A stretch of 64,000 nucleotides of DNA from positions 40,860,001 through 40,924,000 of the forward strand of contig NW_024704743.1 in NCBI RefSeq assembly GCF_018977255.1. Direction: 5' to 3'. Shown here one piece after another: positions 1 through 13,391 of the stretch (position 1 is the stretch's first letter; each line of letters starts with the position of its first letter). This DNA is from Callorhinchus milii (lineage: Eukaryota). Both the position numbers and the translations under genes were made by a program. Below the pieces are notes generated by a model that saw only the letters and a program-made list of their open reading frames with translations, ran no database searches and was not told the DNA's origin.

Positions 1-2837
1 GTGGAGGCGAGCGAGGGTGGGAGTGATGTGGTCCTAAAGCCTGGTGCGGGACAGTACACGAGCTGCAGAGTTCTGAATGACCTGCAGCGTGTGGAGGGAG
101 GTGCCGGGAAGGCCGGTGAGGAGAGAGTTCCCATAGTCCAGCCTTGAGATGATAAAGGCGTGGACCAGAGTTTCAGCAGCGTGAGGGGTGAGGTAATGCC
201 GTAGTCTGGCGATGATCCGGAGGTGATGGAAGGCGGTGCCAGTTGTGGCGCGGATATGAGGGAGGAAGGACAGCTCAGGGTCGAACAAAACGCCGAGGTT
301 CCTGATGGCTTTGAGAGGTGGAGAGTGCAGCCTTGGATGCTGATACTGTCAGCGCCTGAGGTGCGGAGGCGCTGATGGGAGCCAATCAGGAGGGCCTCAG
401 TTTTACGCACGTTGAGCTGAAGAAAGTTATCTCTCGTCCAGGACTCGATGTCGGACAGGCAGGCTGTCAGGACATCGGTGGTCGTGGAGTTGAGGGTAGA
501 GGAGGAAAGGTAGAGTTGGGTGTCATCCGCATACATGTGGAAGTTAACCCCATGTCTGCGGATGATGTCACCGAGGGGGAGCATATAGAGGGTGAAGAGG
601 AGGGGACCGAGGACAGAGCCCTGAGGGACACCACACGAGACAGTGCGGGGGTGGAGGAAAGCCGTTTGTGGAAACAAAATGAAGACGGTGGGAGAGGTAC
701 GACCTAAACCACTCAAGGACAGGGCCTTGAAGGTTGAGGTGGGAGGACAAGCGGTGGAGGAGGATAGTGTGGTCGACCGTATCGAATGCTGCCGATAGGT
801 CGAGGAGGACGAGGAGGCAGAGGGAGCCCTGGTCACAGATGGTCAGGATGTCATTGGTGACCTTGACCAGGGCAGTTTCTGTGCTATGGGCAGCACGGAA
901 ACCTGACTGAAGGGGTTCGAATAATGAATGGGTGGAGAGGAAAGAGCGCAGCATGGAGGTGACAACTCTTTCAAGGACCTTGGACAGGAAGGGGAGGTTG
1001 GAGATGGGCCGGTAGCTTGATAGCTGCGACGCATCAAGGGAGGGTTTTTTCAAGGTGGGAGTGATGGTGGCAGTTTTTAAGGGAATGGGAACAGAGCCAG
1101 AGGAGAGGGACAGGTTGATGATGTCTGTGATATGTGGGGCAAGGAGGTGGAGCTGGGAGATAAGGAGTGGAGTGGGGATGGGGTCAAGGGAGCAGGTGGT
1201 GGGTTTCAGGGATAGGATGAGTTTGGTGACAGAGGGTGGGGAAACGGGTACGAAAGTGTGTAGGGGAGGATGGGTAGGAGTCGGAGTGTGGGAGGGAGGG
1301 GTGGGGGTGGGTGGATGTTGGAGGGGAAGTGACCGCGGAGCGAATTCCCTTGATTTTGGATTCAAGGAAATCCAGCATCTCCTCGCAGTGAAGGTTGGAG
1401 GAGATGACCTGCGCGGGGTGGCGGGGGGGACGGAGGAGTCGGGTTGTGGTGGAAAACAGTAGCCTGGGTTGTTCTTTGCCTCCAGGATTATCCTGGAGTA
1501 GAAGGACGACTTGGCCGAGGCTAGAGTGGAGCGGTTGATTTTGAGGAGTTCCAGCCAGATTTGAAGTGGTGGTCGGAGACGGCCTTGTCGGTGATGGTGA
1601 CATCCGAGACACTGAGGCCCCGGGTGATCACCAAGTCGAGTGGGTGGCCATGACTGTGAGTGGGGGAGTTAATGTGGAGGGAGAGGTTGAGTGAGGAGAG
1701 CAGGGAAGAGAAGTCCGAGGAGATGGAGCAGGACGGGGTGAAGTGCAGGTTGAAGTCGCCCAGATGATGAGGCGATCAGAGCAGAGGTAGAGAGATGTCA
1801 GAAGTGTTCAAATATCGGAGATGAAGGTGGGAGAGGTTTTAGGGGGCCGGTAGAGGAGGAGGATTTTGAGTGAGAGGAAGGAGGAGTGGGAGAGGGTGAG
1901 GTGCTCAAAAGAGGGAAAAGAGCCAGAAGAGTAGGGGGATAGGGCAAGTGGTGTCCTTGCGATAAGGGCTGCACCACCGCCATGGCGTTTGGGGAGAGGG
2001 ATGTGTTGGGAGGTGTAGCCAGGTGGTGTGGCCTCCGTGGGGGGGAAGGTGTTGCCTGGGGTGAGCCAGGTTTCCGTTAAGGCCATGATGTCAACGCTCT
2101 CATCAAGGGTGAGATTGTTGATGACCAGGGCCTTGTTACAGAGGGAGCGGACGTTTTGTAGTCCGATGTGGAGGGAGCGGTTGACAGAAGGGTATGTGGG
2201 GAGGGAGGGGGGTCCAGGTTGTGAGGCAGGAGTGGGGGGAATGGGGATGAGTGAGGAGAGGTTGACTCCCCAGGTCTGTGTCCGGGGTGGCTGGCGAGTG
2301 TTGTGGGGAATGGGGCAGTCGGTGTGGCTGCTGCTGGACAGCCAATGCCGAGTGCCACAGTGAGCCCGGCGGAGGATTCCCAGGCTGGAACAGAGGGAGG
2401 TTGTGGGAGTGTCAAGTGGGGATAGAAGGCGAGAGGGACGGAGAGAGAGGAGGAGAGAGCGGGAGAGATGCAGGAGGTGAAAGGTTTGGGGGGAGAGAGG
2501 AGGGGTGAGGGAGGGAGGGGCTGAGGGGGCTCGGGTCAAAGCGGCAGCCATAGTGTGCATGCGGGGACCGGGAGCGAGCGGTCAGGTGGATGGCATTAAC
2601 CCATAGGCTGGGGTTGGGGTAGCCACCCAACAGGACCATGGTGGGCCCGGATGTGAGCTCTGGGGGGGAGGGTGGGGGGGGGGGGCGCTGAGTTTTTTTT
2701 TGTTGCGTGCACACACTCCTGAAAACTAAACTATGACGTCAGCGGTTCCCCCGATCCGCCCCCACCCCTTCCCCCCACACCCCCTAGCTGCACTCCCTGC
2801 CGCCGCGAGCTTAAATACCTGAGTAAGTAGGCGCAGG
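1..2837 (-). mobile_element. L2-clade LINE, young, apparently 5'-complete but frameshifted and internally deleted; 3' end runs off the window
   Basis: APE motifs (LQNVRSL, IMALTETWL, LYRPP) in ORF 1808..2560. RT motifs ([42 protein letters not shown]) in ORF 568..1365; YADD at 533..522. C-terminal [14 protein letters not shown] in ORF 34..288. Confidence 0.95.
2734..2817. promoter_or_regulatory. Promoter-like motif cluster in the L2 5' UTR
   Basis: Perfect CRE palindrome TGACGTCA at 2734-2741, GC box CCGCCC near 2756, CACCC boxes, TTAAATA at 2811-2817, CpG-rich context. Function is inferred only. Confidence 0.4.
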
Positions 2838-3272
2838 CTCAAAGCGTTTCACAGAATATACTGTAAAGTGACTTGACTGTATATTTTGTGGGTGAAACGT
2901 GGCAGTCAATTTTGCACAGCAATGTCCCAGGAAAAGTCGTGGATTGATTGACCAAGTTATTATTATTATTATTTGGATGGTCGAAGATATGGTTGAAGAG
3001 GAAGGTCTTTAGATGGGACTTGAAGGAGGCAAGAGAGGGAGTGAGGTGGAGGGATTGCAAGATAGAGTTCCAGAGTGTGGGGGCAGAGATGCTGAATGCC
3101 CGACCACAAACGGTGGGGCGTGTAACGCGGGGGACCTGAAGCAGGCCGGTGTCCGCCGAGCAGAGGGAGCAGATAGGCTGATATGTCTATGGTATTGCCC
3201 TGCCCGTGAAATCAAACCCGGGTCCTCTTGCTTGTGTGGCGAGTGCTCTAATCAATATGCTACAGGACTCCA
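2838..3272 (-). mobile_element. tRNA/Deu SINE with its middle replaced by an L2 C-terminal fragment (~2975-3190)
   Basis: SINE tail and Deu core at 2838-2955, L2 segment ([12 protein letters not shown]), SINE head at 3195-3272. Confidence 0.75.
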
Positions 3273-5051
3273 TGATAGTCAATAACAAGTTCAGCTAAGA
3301 AGCCATTCCAAGTGAAGTCGGTTCTCTAATAATCCAAGAATATAAGAGCCAGCTAGTACTGAGAAACAATGCTCTTGACTACAAGATCAGCCAGTGCTTC
3401 AGCTGTGAAGTAGTAAATGCCTACCTAGGGACTTGGGGTTTCAATTCTGACCTTGAGTGTTCAACATACTTGTCTAATGATGGGTTCAGGCAGAGTGTCT
3501 TGTGATGGTGAACCATACTATTCTCAGGGGTGAGGGAGAAAAAGAGCCTGTTTTGCAAGAAGCATCTCCTGCTATTTGTTGCACATTTCCGTAGACAATA
3601 GTGGATGAAAGGAATTCAGATAGGAAAGTGAACAATTTGTCTACAATGTTACCTAAAGGCTTTTTCTGTATGGAAATTTGTTGGTAGATTTTTGCCTGCT
3701 GCTTCTACCTGCTCTTCTTTTAGTTGAAAGAGGGTAGTGTGAGTCACAAAGTTCTATGTGGGCAAGAATCAAAACATTACCAATAATTCATAATGCTATA
3801 CAGATTCTCTCAATGAGCAGGAAAAAAAAAGAGCAACAGAGCAAAAGCAATTCTGTACATTCACTCCTCCGATGTGGAACTCACAGCTGGAACCTGTGGT
3901 TGAAGCAAATGACATCAACATATTTAAGAAAAAAATTGATGCCTGAAAGACAGAGAAGGGAATAGAGGGAAACAGAAGAGTGGGGAACTGTGTACAAACA
4001 CTAGAATTTACATGTTAAGCTGAATGTTTTTTTCCATTCCATGTAACTCTTATTTCTGCCTGCCCTTCATGCAGAATACAAATGCAGCACAGTCTCAATT
4101 CACAGATCACATCTTAGACACCAGCATTAAACCTGCCCCAAGAACCAGCTGACTGAAAAGGTATTTCCAGTTAGATATCCTTGTTTCATAAGGTACAGAC
4201 CTGGATAACAGCTGAGAGCTGATTAAAACCTGTCAAAAGTGTACCAGATGCTGTCTGATGTCCAAAAATTCCTGACTGTCCAGCACCCTGGGATGTCTTT
4301 CCAATATGAAGGGGGCTATACAAGTGTAATTTGTTGTGGTTGATTAGAAAACCACCAACATTGCCCTGTACTCACATACTGTATAAATGGAAATTTCTAT
4401 TGTATTGTATTGCAAATGTAATGATGTCAACAATACCCACAAGAGGGCACTGCTGTATTCAAATCCCAGTACTTGCAATGAATACCCCACACATTGGAAT
4501 TTTAGAACGTAATTTTCCAGATGAGAAAATCTGAGGTGTAAGTCCTCACTATGTACCTTAAACTAAGCTTTCTACAATAATCTTTATTCAACTTGTCCTC
4601 GCTATCTTGATAAACTTGAGACATTTCAATGACGTGATAAGGCGCTGTATCAAATACGAGGATTATTATACGACATACATTCTTGCATGACCAACTCTCC
4701 CTTTTGCCATCACAGCCCTCTCTCCCTCCGCCCCTCCCCAAAATGCAGACCATTTCTCTCTAACAGTGTCAGAAGCATGAACATGCATTATTGGAGACTG
4801 GCTATTTACTTCTATCTCTTTCTAACATAAAAGGTAGCTACAGCTGGAAATATAATATAAATATCAGGTGTGACTTAATGATTGACAACCCCTCCCTGCA
4901 CTGTTTCAACGCTTTACAGCAGGTTTACAAACTGTACAGCGAGGAACTAAGTAGGCCATTTGTCACTGTGAAACTCACAGGAAAGAGGATTATCAGCTAA
5001 TTAGATCCTTTTGTCCTTGATCACGAGTCCACATGAAAACAACATGATATT

Positions 5052-5345
5052 CAACAACAACTTGGGTTTATACAGTGCTCTTCACACAGTGGCAGAGTTG
5101 GCCACAAGAAAGGGAGAATGATGAGTGGAAATAACCATAAGTGCGGTCGAAGAGGTAGGTCTAATGGTGGGATATAAAGATAAAGGTTAAGAGGAGGTGA
5201 GGTGGAGGGATTGAAGCAGCGAGTTCGAGAGTTTAAGGGTGTTATTGATGAAGCCATGGCCACCGACGGTGGTGTTGAAGGGTCTGGAGGTCGGAGACAT
5301 ATTAGCAGTCCTGTGTTTGCTGAGCTAAGGGCAGACAGAGGAGTG
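5052..5345 (-). mobile_element. Old L2 3' fragment
   Basis: (CAA)n tail, 3' stem-loop remnant and decayed C-terminal coding sequence. Confidence 0.6.
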
Positions 5346-5436
5346 GGTATGATTTAAAGTTTAATATAGCATCAGAGAAAAGTATAACACTCACAACCTA
5401 TGGTGTCTTCTACTTAATCTTTTTAAAATATTTACA

Positions 5437-5740
5437 ACTATAGAAATGTACAGAACTGGAGAATCCATTTGGCCCATCGTGTTTGCGTTGGCTCTTTGAA
5501 AGCATACTCCATTTAGTCCCATTTACCTGTCTTTTCCCTCAAACCCCCGGAAAGTATTCTTTTTCAGATATCTCGTTTTCTTTTGAAAGCTACTATCAAT
5601 ACTGCCTTGACCACTGCACCCAGCAGGGCATTACACATCCTAACCACTCACTACAGAACAATAATCTTACTAATCTCTCCCTTTGTAAGTCATCTTGAAT
5701 TGTTGCACTCTGGGCACTGATTCACCGACCAATTTCTGAA
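5437..5740 (-). mobile_element. CR1 LINE 3' fragment
   Basis: atagaaatgtacag...ccatttggcccatcg 3' UTR, similar to the copies at 54805 and 58575. Confidence 0.65.
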
Positions 5741-6102
5741 AAATAATGTTACTTGTTGGCTGTAAAGATTTGAGTGACATTAAAGACTGATTTGCAAATA
5801 AACAGCTGAATCCAGTTTGAGTGACAAAGCCAACAAGTTTTGTAAACCCACCATTGGGTCATATAATTAAAGAATGAACATACATCTCTCACACCTTAGG
5901 CAGGCAAAAGATTTGTTTTTGTATATTGACCAAGAATATCCAAGTTCCCCCAGCCAACATACTTCTCATATCAAATTTAGTCTCAAAGGAATTATATTAT
6001 TGTGTGTGGTGTGACCCAGCTCCAAACCCTGTGCATTTATCAGCCTGGAGCACCATCTATTGATAGGATTTATAATGCAACTCAACGTTTTATATATATA
6101 AG

Positions 6103-6430
6103 AATAATAATTCTTGCATTTTATATAGTTCCATATCACGTCTTCAAGACGTCTCAAAGCAATTCACAGAATATACTGCAAAGTGAATTATTTTGTGGGC
6201 AAAACGCAGCAGCCAATTGCGCACAGAAGTGTCCCACAAACAATCATAGATTGAGTGACCAATTCATTATGTTTTTTGAAGGAATTATTTCCCCCGGAAA
6301 AGCGAGCCACCAATCGACTAACAACTGGGTTCCTACTTACTTTTAGGTTAACAGAGATGTGTGGAGTAAAGAAACTTGTCCAACGTTTTGCTCTGCCAGG
6401 AATGAAACCCAGGTCTCTTGTTTGCGAGGC
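6103..6430 (-). mobile_element. tRNA/Deu SINE, long subfamily, head truncated
   Basis: (TAA)n tail, Deu core (gcagccaattgcgcacag) and the extra segment cccggaaaag...ctgggttcctacttac shared with the 23761 copy. Confidence 0.85.
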
Positions 6431-6431
6431 A

Positions 6432-6747
6432 AATAATAATAATAATCCTTGCATTTGATATAGCGCTTTTCACGTCGGGAGGACATCCCAAAGCGCTTCA
6501 CAGAACACACTGTAAAGTGAATTGACTGTATATTTGTGGGCGAACGCGGCAGCCAATTGCGCACAGCAATGTCCCACCAACAGTCGTAGATTGAAAATGA
6601 CCGATTTATTATTGTTTTGTTTTGGAGGGATTATTATTAGGCGTATGGAGTAAGGAAACTTGCCCAAGGTTTCGCCCTGCCTGGAATTGAACTCAGGTCT
6701 CTTGCTTGCAAAGCGAGTGCTCTAACCACTGAGCTACAGGACTCCAC
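6432..6747 (-). mobile_element. tRNA(Ala)-derived Deu SINE, young short subfamily, full length
   Basis: Head GTGGAGTCCTGTAGCTCAGTGGTTAGAGC with A box and B-box-like GAGTTCAATTCC, Deu core, L2-type tail. Nearly identical to the copies at 30394 and 63594. Confidence 0.92.
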
Positions 6748-7387
6748 AAGATTTACAAGATTTACAAGAGCTACAAGATTTATACAAAACTTTCATTATA
6801 ATGATATAATTTAATTTAATATGGGGCCTTATCACGTCTTTGAGATTTCGCAAAGCGCTTCACAGAATATACTGTAAAGTGAATTGACTGTATATTCTTG
6901 TGGGCGATTAGCTTTCATTAGCTTTTTTTGCAGAGGCTAAAATGTGGTGTTTGCAAAGGGAAATCATGATCCCGGCTGGTGTTTTTCTTGCAGACTAAGC
7001 TTCTACAAAACAACCAAACACCAAGTTGCATTTAGACGGAGTCTTTCTGGATGATTGGTCTGGATGAAAAAGGTTCTTCGGCCCATTCAGTCACAGATAA
7101 GCTAATATATTGGAGCATCTAAGCATAGCCCTTTGTAATTTTTGGGTGAATTCTTCAGCAAATTTAGTTGTGAATCACGTCACTTCGATCCCAACCCAAA
7201 GTCATGATTGATGCAGTGACTTCCAGTTTGTGAATAAAGCACTTTAAGCCCCAGTCTGGTCTTTTAACTAATGATCTCATTCATCATTTGAATGAGATTG
7301 TTGTCAGACTCCGCCACTGTGAAGCACTCTGGGACATCACCCCTTGTGAAGGGTGCTATATAAATGCAAGTTGCTGTTGTTGTTGTT

Positions 7388-7735
7388 GAGATGTTAAACT
7401 GAGGTCCCATCTGCCTGTCCAAGGGGATTGTTAAAGATCCCATGGCATTATTTGTAAAGAGAAGGGAATTTCTCCCGTGTAATGCCCAACAAATTCCTTA
7501 AATAAAATTCATCAATCACTTCATGGCTGTTTGCACAGCATTGCTGTGTGCAATGTCTGTAATCTATGAAACAAGGATATCTATCTCAACTAGAAAAACT
7601 TTTTCAGGCAACTGTGGCTGATGCATTTGCCTGCAAAATACAGAGTCACTACACTCTACAGTATTTTCTATGAAGTGGCTTGAGAAGTGTTAGTGACGTG
7701 ATAAGATACTGTATCCCATGCGAGGATTATTATTG
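7388..7735 (+). mobile_element. Older full-Deu-domain SINE (SacSINE1/AmnSINE1-like), 5' truncated
   Basis: gagatgttaaactgaggtcccatctgcc...aaagatcccatggca...gctgtttg core and TTA tail. Confidence 0.75.
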
Positions 7736-8420
7736 CTATTGAACCTGCATCCCGAGGTGTACATTTATGATGTTAGATATACGAGAAAGTAAATATACCA
7801 TATTATCGACTGTAATTCACTGCTGGAGCATTTGGTATAAGTCAGGTGTTAAATATGAAGAAACAAATTGAATTAGAAGATATCTATCTAAATAATTGTG
7901 ATTCAGACTGTCATAGCACTAGCAAGTCTATGCATTTCACAATCATTCTCACTGAATGACGGCTATTCTGTGAAACATACATTTTCCACAAACTCTACAA
8001 TATAATAATATAGTAATAAGATATTAATAATACTTAACAACATTTTTCTTATAATTATAAAACGGTAAAACTGTTCAGACAACACCTTGCCACCGTTTGG
8101 AAAAAATAAAAATATTGATAAATAAATAATCCTTCCATTTGGCATAGCATTTTATCACATCTCAAATCACTTCATAGAGTTTTCTGCAAGTGTAATGACA
8201 GTGTATTCGGAGACAAATATTTCAATGTAATAATATTTAGCAAATCAGCTTGATAATCTAGATTGAATTTTAAAAAATTGCCAATTTCTGGAGGCTCTGG
8301 AATGCTACGAAAATAGAATAAATCCAGACCCAGATGGGATTTCTTCCCTGTGTACTTATAACGAAAACTATCCAAAAATATGTGTTGCTCATGGACTCTT
8401 TAAAACAATTCATACTGTAC

Positions 8421-8542
8421 CTGGCCATTCTTGGCATTTTCACACATCAGGTTCTCATAAGGTACTGCTAATTCAGGTGCATATTCATTCACATCTAAAA
8501 CTTGAATGGTCACATTGACTCTGCTAATTAGGTCAGGGTTGC
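8421..8542 (-). CDS. cdh12: Cadherin-12-like coding exon (122 bp), EC4/EC5 junction
   Basis: Acceptor ttttacag, donor gtacag. Encodes (S)[40 protein letters not shown] (DVNE motif, CENAKxGQ). Phase 1 to 0. Confidence 0.93.
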
Positions 8543-11500
8543 CTGTAAAACAGAATAAATACATATGTTTCAAAGATAAGAATAATGTGATTGGTAAAAA
8601 ACACTTCTATTTTGAATCGAGGATACAATGATTCCTCCTAACTAGGAATTAACTTCTTACCAATAAATAAATTGATGAGTTGGTTACCTGCCTCCACAAT
8701 TCACTTTTGATTTCAGAAAGCAATGATACAATGTTATTCATGATTGGAAACACATTTGTATACCCTGGCATTTTTCATAGTCCATTTTAATTTTGCTATA
8801 TTCACACTCAAAAGGTTTGTGAGGCTGGAGGCATCAGAATTGCCTCAGACTACTGCCCATCATATCACATTAGAGCAAATTCAGCCCACTCCCCCCAAAA
8901 AATCCTGGTTAACTTTCATCGGCCTCAAAAGATGATGATCTGAATGAACCCTCAAACCTTCTGGTCACATTGATCTCATGTCCAGTGCGTACCCAATTCC
9001 TCGACAATGTACTTTAACTACACGCTCAGACAAGCGAATGGCTGTATCCGAACGCTAGCTTGCTGCAAATATGTCTACGTTATGGACACATGTGGTATTG
9101 TGGACCCCACCAGTGAGATAGTGATACTGATGCTACCTTACTTAGTTTAATTGTAGTGGATAGCTGCTATGTTGCTCCATCATGGGCAGATTTCCATCCA
9201 GATCTGAGAGGTAAAATCCACTGCATTGTCCTGGGCTCTGTTTCAGCAATAGACGTCAAGGAATTTGCATTTGAAAATACATCAGTTGATTAATCATTGT
9301 TAAATTATGAGACCAGCAGATGTTTATCTTAATATCATCATCATCCTTTTGTTAGGTTGTGTTCCAGTTACAGTGCTCAATCTTTCATATCCTACAAAGC
9401 CCAAATGGACAGCATAAACCCACCAGAAGTGCAAACATTGGGATCACTTATTCCTTCCATTCTGTGCACTATCCTTTGGTAACCATAATAGTGAAGTGTA
9501 AGAAAAGTGAGGCAGTCACCCATAGCACCACCCAAATTCATGACTGAATAACTGACAATCCAATTGACTCTTATTTATTATTGGCAAACCCTAATCCTTT
9601 GAGACGTCTCATTTACATGATAAGGCGCTGTATCAAATGCAAGGATTATTATTAGATATGGTGAAGGAGGAAGTTCTTAAGATGCAATCTTAAAATGGGC
9701 AAGGAGGGGGCAAGGTGGAGGGATTTAATTTTAAGGTGTTCCAGTGTGATAGGGAGCCATCAAATGTAATATTATTGTCAAAATGTAAACTAGGATATTA
9801 AAGACCTGTCTAATTCCCATACACATCTCCACAATTTGTGTCCACTGAAGGTACAGTACTTAAGCATGCTCATTAATTTGGTAAAACTAATGAGAAAGAA
9901 TATGAATTTCCCATTTGTGCGATAGAAACAGTACATTCTCAGCCTACGCACAACCAAATCATTTTGACATGTCATTACCTTGCGAAATAAACCACAGAAA
10001 TCCATTTCATCCAACCCTTGTCAGTGATCCCTTGGCAACTGGCACAAATAGTTTTAACCTTGACTGTGATGTGCTTGTATACTGTTCTATACATACTGCC
10101 CTTCTTGCTCACATTAGCAAACTGATCAGCAAAGTAAAATGACGATTTTATAAGATTCTGCTAGAATTAATCAGCAATCATACATAATGCATTCATCCCA
10201 ATGATGATATAGCAGTTTGACATTGAAATTGTTTAGCTACAAAGTCTGTGAAAGAAAATGGGATTATATTTGATTCCAGATTTCCAAAAAATGTTTTGCT
10301 AAACTTTACTTTGTTTCACCACAGAAGGAATGGACAATGGCAATATTGTCTAAGGGAGACAATTGTGGTATTTGCACTAATTATCAATGATACTCGTAGT
10401 GATAAACACTAAGCACATCACTCAATAATAATCCTTGCATTTGATAATAATAATAAATGATCATAGCACTTTCCATGTCAGGGATTTCTCAAAGGGCTTT
10501 ACAGAATTCTTTGTAAAATATAGTTACTTTGTGCTTTATAGGCAAACACGGTACCCAATTTGCACACAGCAATGTCTCACAAACAGTCTTGAAGTGAATG
10601 ATCAATTTTATTTGAGGAATTGTCAGCCAGTACAACTGGAGAAGCTCCCTTTGGTTTTTGAATTGTGCATTATCTTTAATATTTACCTCAACAGGATCAC
10701 AGGACCTTGGTTTAACATCTCATCCAAATGATGGCACAATGCATATAGTATCTATAATGTAGATTTATTTCAAAGTCCAAATCATATAAAGTGGTGATTG
10801 TGTATTTGTAGCAAATACCTCATTTATCACCTTTATTAATAAAATAGCTTGCACTAAGATCATTTCATGCAAACCATAACCGATCGTGGCAGTGACAGAC
10901 CTGCAGTGAGTATTGCACTGATTTAGCAGAAACAAACAACAGCCAAGATTCTTGCTTATATGGAGTGCCAATCTTATTTAGTTTGTTCCACCGCAATCTG
11001 TAGTCAGCACCTTTGCCTCACAGATTTTAATAAAATATCAGATGTTACAGTGAAATGACAGCAATACTGAACTGAGGGAATCAGAAATGGTAATGATTAT
11101 ATCACATTGATCTGCAAAGCATCAGCTGCTGTTTCTCTTGCACTTGGTTGCATGTCTCACCCACACACCCTCAAAGAGAACCCCATTGTGAACATGCTTT
11201 CAGCTTAGCTATAATGTCTTCAATAAATAAAGAGGCAAACTAACAAGAGAAGAAAATATCTAAAACGGAACATTAAAAACTTGGATCATTTGGAGGAAAT
11301 GTTCCTAGTTCAAATTTAAGGTTGTTCAGATTTACAGTTCAATCAGAAGTTGATTATAACTTTCAAAAGAACTTATCGTTAAAGATACAGTCATCTGATT
11401 GACTGTAGGAATGAGCCAGTGGGCAGTCATACTTTTGTTTACCATCTGAATGGTTAGTATTATTTTCCTTTTCCACTTCAAGGTCAAACTAAACTTGGCT

Positions 11501-12139
11501 GAATTTATTTTTTGGACATTACTGAGGGCTTTTCTGCTTCCTTCTTGTGTGTGTCATGTGTGTTGGGGGTGAACGATAAGGGGTAAGGGAAAGACTAAAC
11601 ATAAATTTGTCAGTTTGAAAGTGGTTGACCATTATATATGACTTTTTATAGTGCGGAAGCCACTTCCCACAGGAGATAGCTGTGTTTAAATTATATGTGA
11701 ATAAAAATGATCGTCTGTTAGATTTCTTTTCCATAATACGTACACATTGTTCAGCATGCATATCCATTCATCACTGTAATCAAAGATAGCGCAGGTCCCA
11801 AATCTATTTGCAAATCATAGTTCCCAGATAAATTACTAATGTCAGAAAGGAGTTTTGTCACTGTTCAACTGAACCACTAGATGGAGGGCTATGTTGCAGC
11901 ATTTCACTAAAATCCATTAAAGTATCACAATACTGCAAAAGAAATCAAGAACATCAGAAAGGAATGAGGAAACAGTATGTTATCAAACAAGCCAGTTCCC
12001 TCTACAGAGCATCAGAGCTGACAGATGGTCTTCACTGTGAATTCCCCTCCCCATGCTATCTCTTGGAAAATTGGGCTAAAACAAATATCCGAATCCTCCT
12101 TTTCTCTCCCTGCTTTTGTTTTTCCCTTATTTCTCTCCC

Positions 12140-12970
12140 CCACTCTATCCTCTGCCTCCACCCTCGATTCTAGGACTACTGTTGTTCTGACCAATTGCCT
12201 GTCAGACATCAAGTCCTGGATGAGCTCTAACTTTCTCTAGTTGAATGTCGACAAGACAGAGGCTCTCCTGCTTTACTCCCATTAGTGCCTTCTTCCCACA
12301 GATGCTGACAACATCAACTCACGTGGAAGCATGTTCCACCTTGCAGAGCTGGTATGGAATATCGTTGTCATGCTTGGCGCCTAACAACAACAGCAGTAAA
12401 ACAACACCACCAAATTTACATCCATATAGCACATTTCACGTCAGGAGGACATCCCAAGGTGTTGGGTACAACAGTACCTTAAATCCCACATCCTGTTCAC
12501 TGACTGGCTTAGCTTGCTTCCATCTGCGAAACCCGTCTCTGGAACTACTCACCCCTAAGCCTGCCAAGACCCTCTTCCACACTTTTATCACGTCCATGCT
12601 TGAACACGTTAACACTCTCCTGGCCGGACTATTCTCTTCCCTACACAAGCTACAGACTATCAGAACTCTGAAGCCTGTGTTCTCTCACACAACAGGCTCC
12701 ACGAGCCTATCACCCCCATCCACGCCTGCCTCCACTGGCTTCCCATCCCCTTTGATCTAGTTCAAGATCCTCATTCTCAGTCGTACCAAATCTGCCGCCC
12801 AATACACACTGGCTTGCTTCATGTAACCCGCCCTATTCAACCAACCATCAAGTGGGCAGGCTTTTATACATTCTGTCCCCACTTTCTGGAATTCTATCCC
12901 ACAGTCCCTTTGTTTCTCCATCCCCTCATTGAAGGCAAGTCTCAAGACCTCTTTGATCATACTTTTGCGT
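12140..12970 (+). mobile_element. Degenerate L2 3' region with nested fragments
   Basis: LSDIKSWMSSNFL and TLFHTFITS motifs in ORFs 12025..12240 and 12245..12760. Confidence 0.75.
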
Positions 12971-13107
12971 ATGACATGTTGTGTCCCAACTATATATTGT
13001 ATCTCGAGATATATCCTGAAAGAAATCTATCTAATTTCTTGTTCTTGAAGAATCAACACTTTTGGCTACCACGGTCTCCCTAGGGAGCCTGTTCCATATG
13101 TTCACTA
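12968..13107 (-). mobile_element. CR1 3' fragment, same family as 13392-13880
   Basis: Aligns by eye with 13463-13612 (gtcccaactatatatt...ctccctaggga.cctgttccatatg). Confidence 0.7.
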
Positions 13108-13391
13108 CTCTCTCACTTCCTCTATCACTCCGCTTTGCCCCTTCCTTCCCAATCTTCCCATTCGGCCATGACTACAGTCACCTCCCACTCCACCCGGCTC
13201 GGTGTTGTGCTCTGCCACTGTCTAGCACTCTGGAATGCTGCCCTGCATGAGGGGCGCCATATAAAGTTTTTGTTGCTATCTTTCCCCTCCCCACCCTCCT
13301 TGGCTCCCACTCCCAGTTTGAGTGCCCAGCTAGCAGTGTCAAGCACTTTGCCATGGTCTCCTGATGTGAACGTGCCATGTAAATTTTACAT

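Noticed and set aside
6343..6564. Recurrent small ORF family ([13 protein letters not shown]...KCKDYYYY) at several loci
   Set aside because: These are translations of SINE copies; the poly-Tyr is the (TTA)n tail.
1..8420. Next cdh12 exon (EC5, PNFT motif)
   Set aside because: Searched by eye and not found; presumably left of the window.
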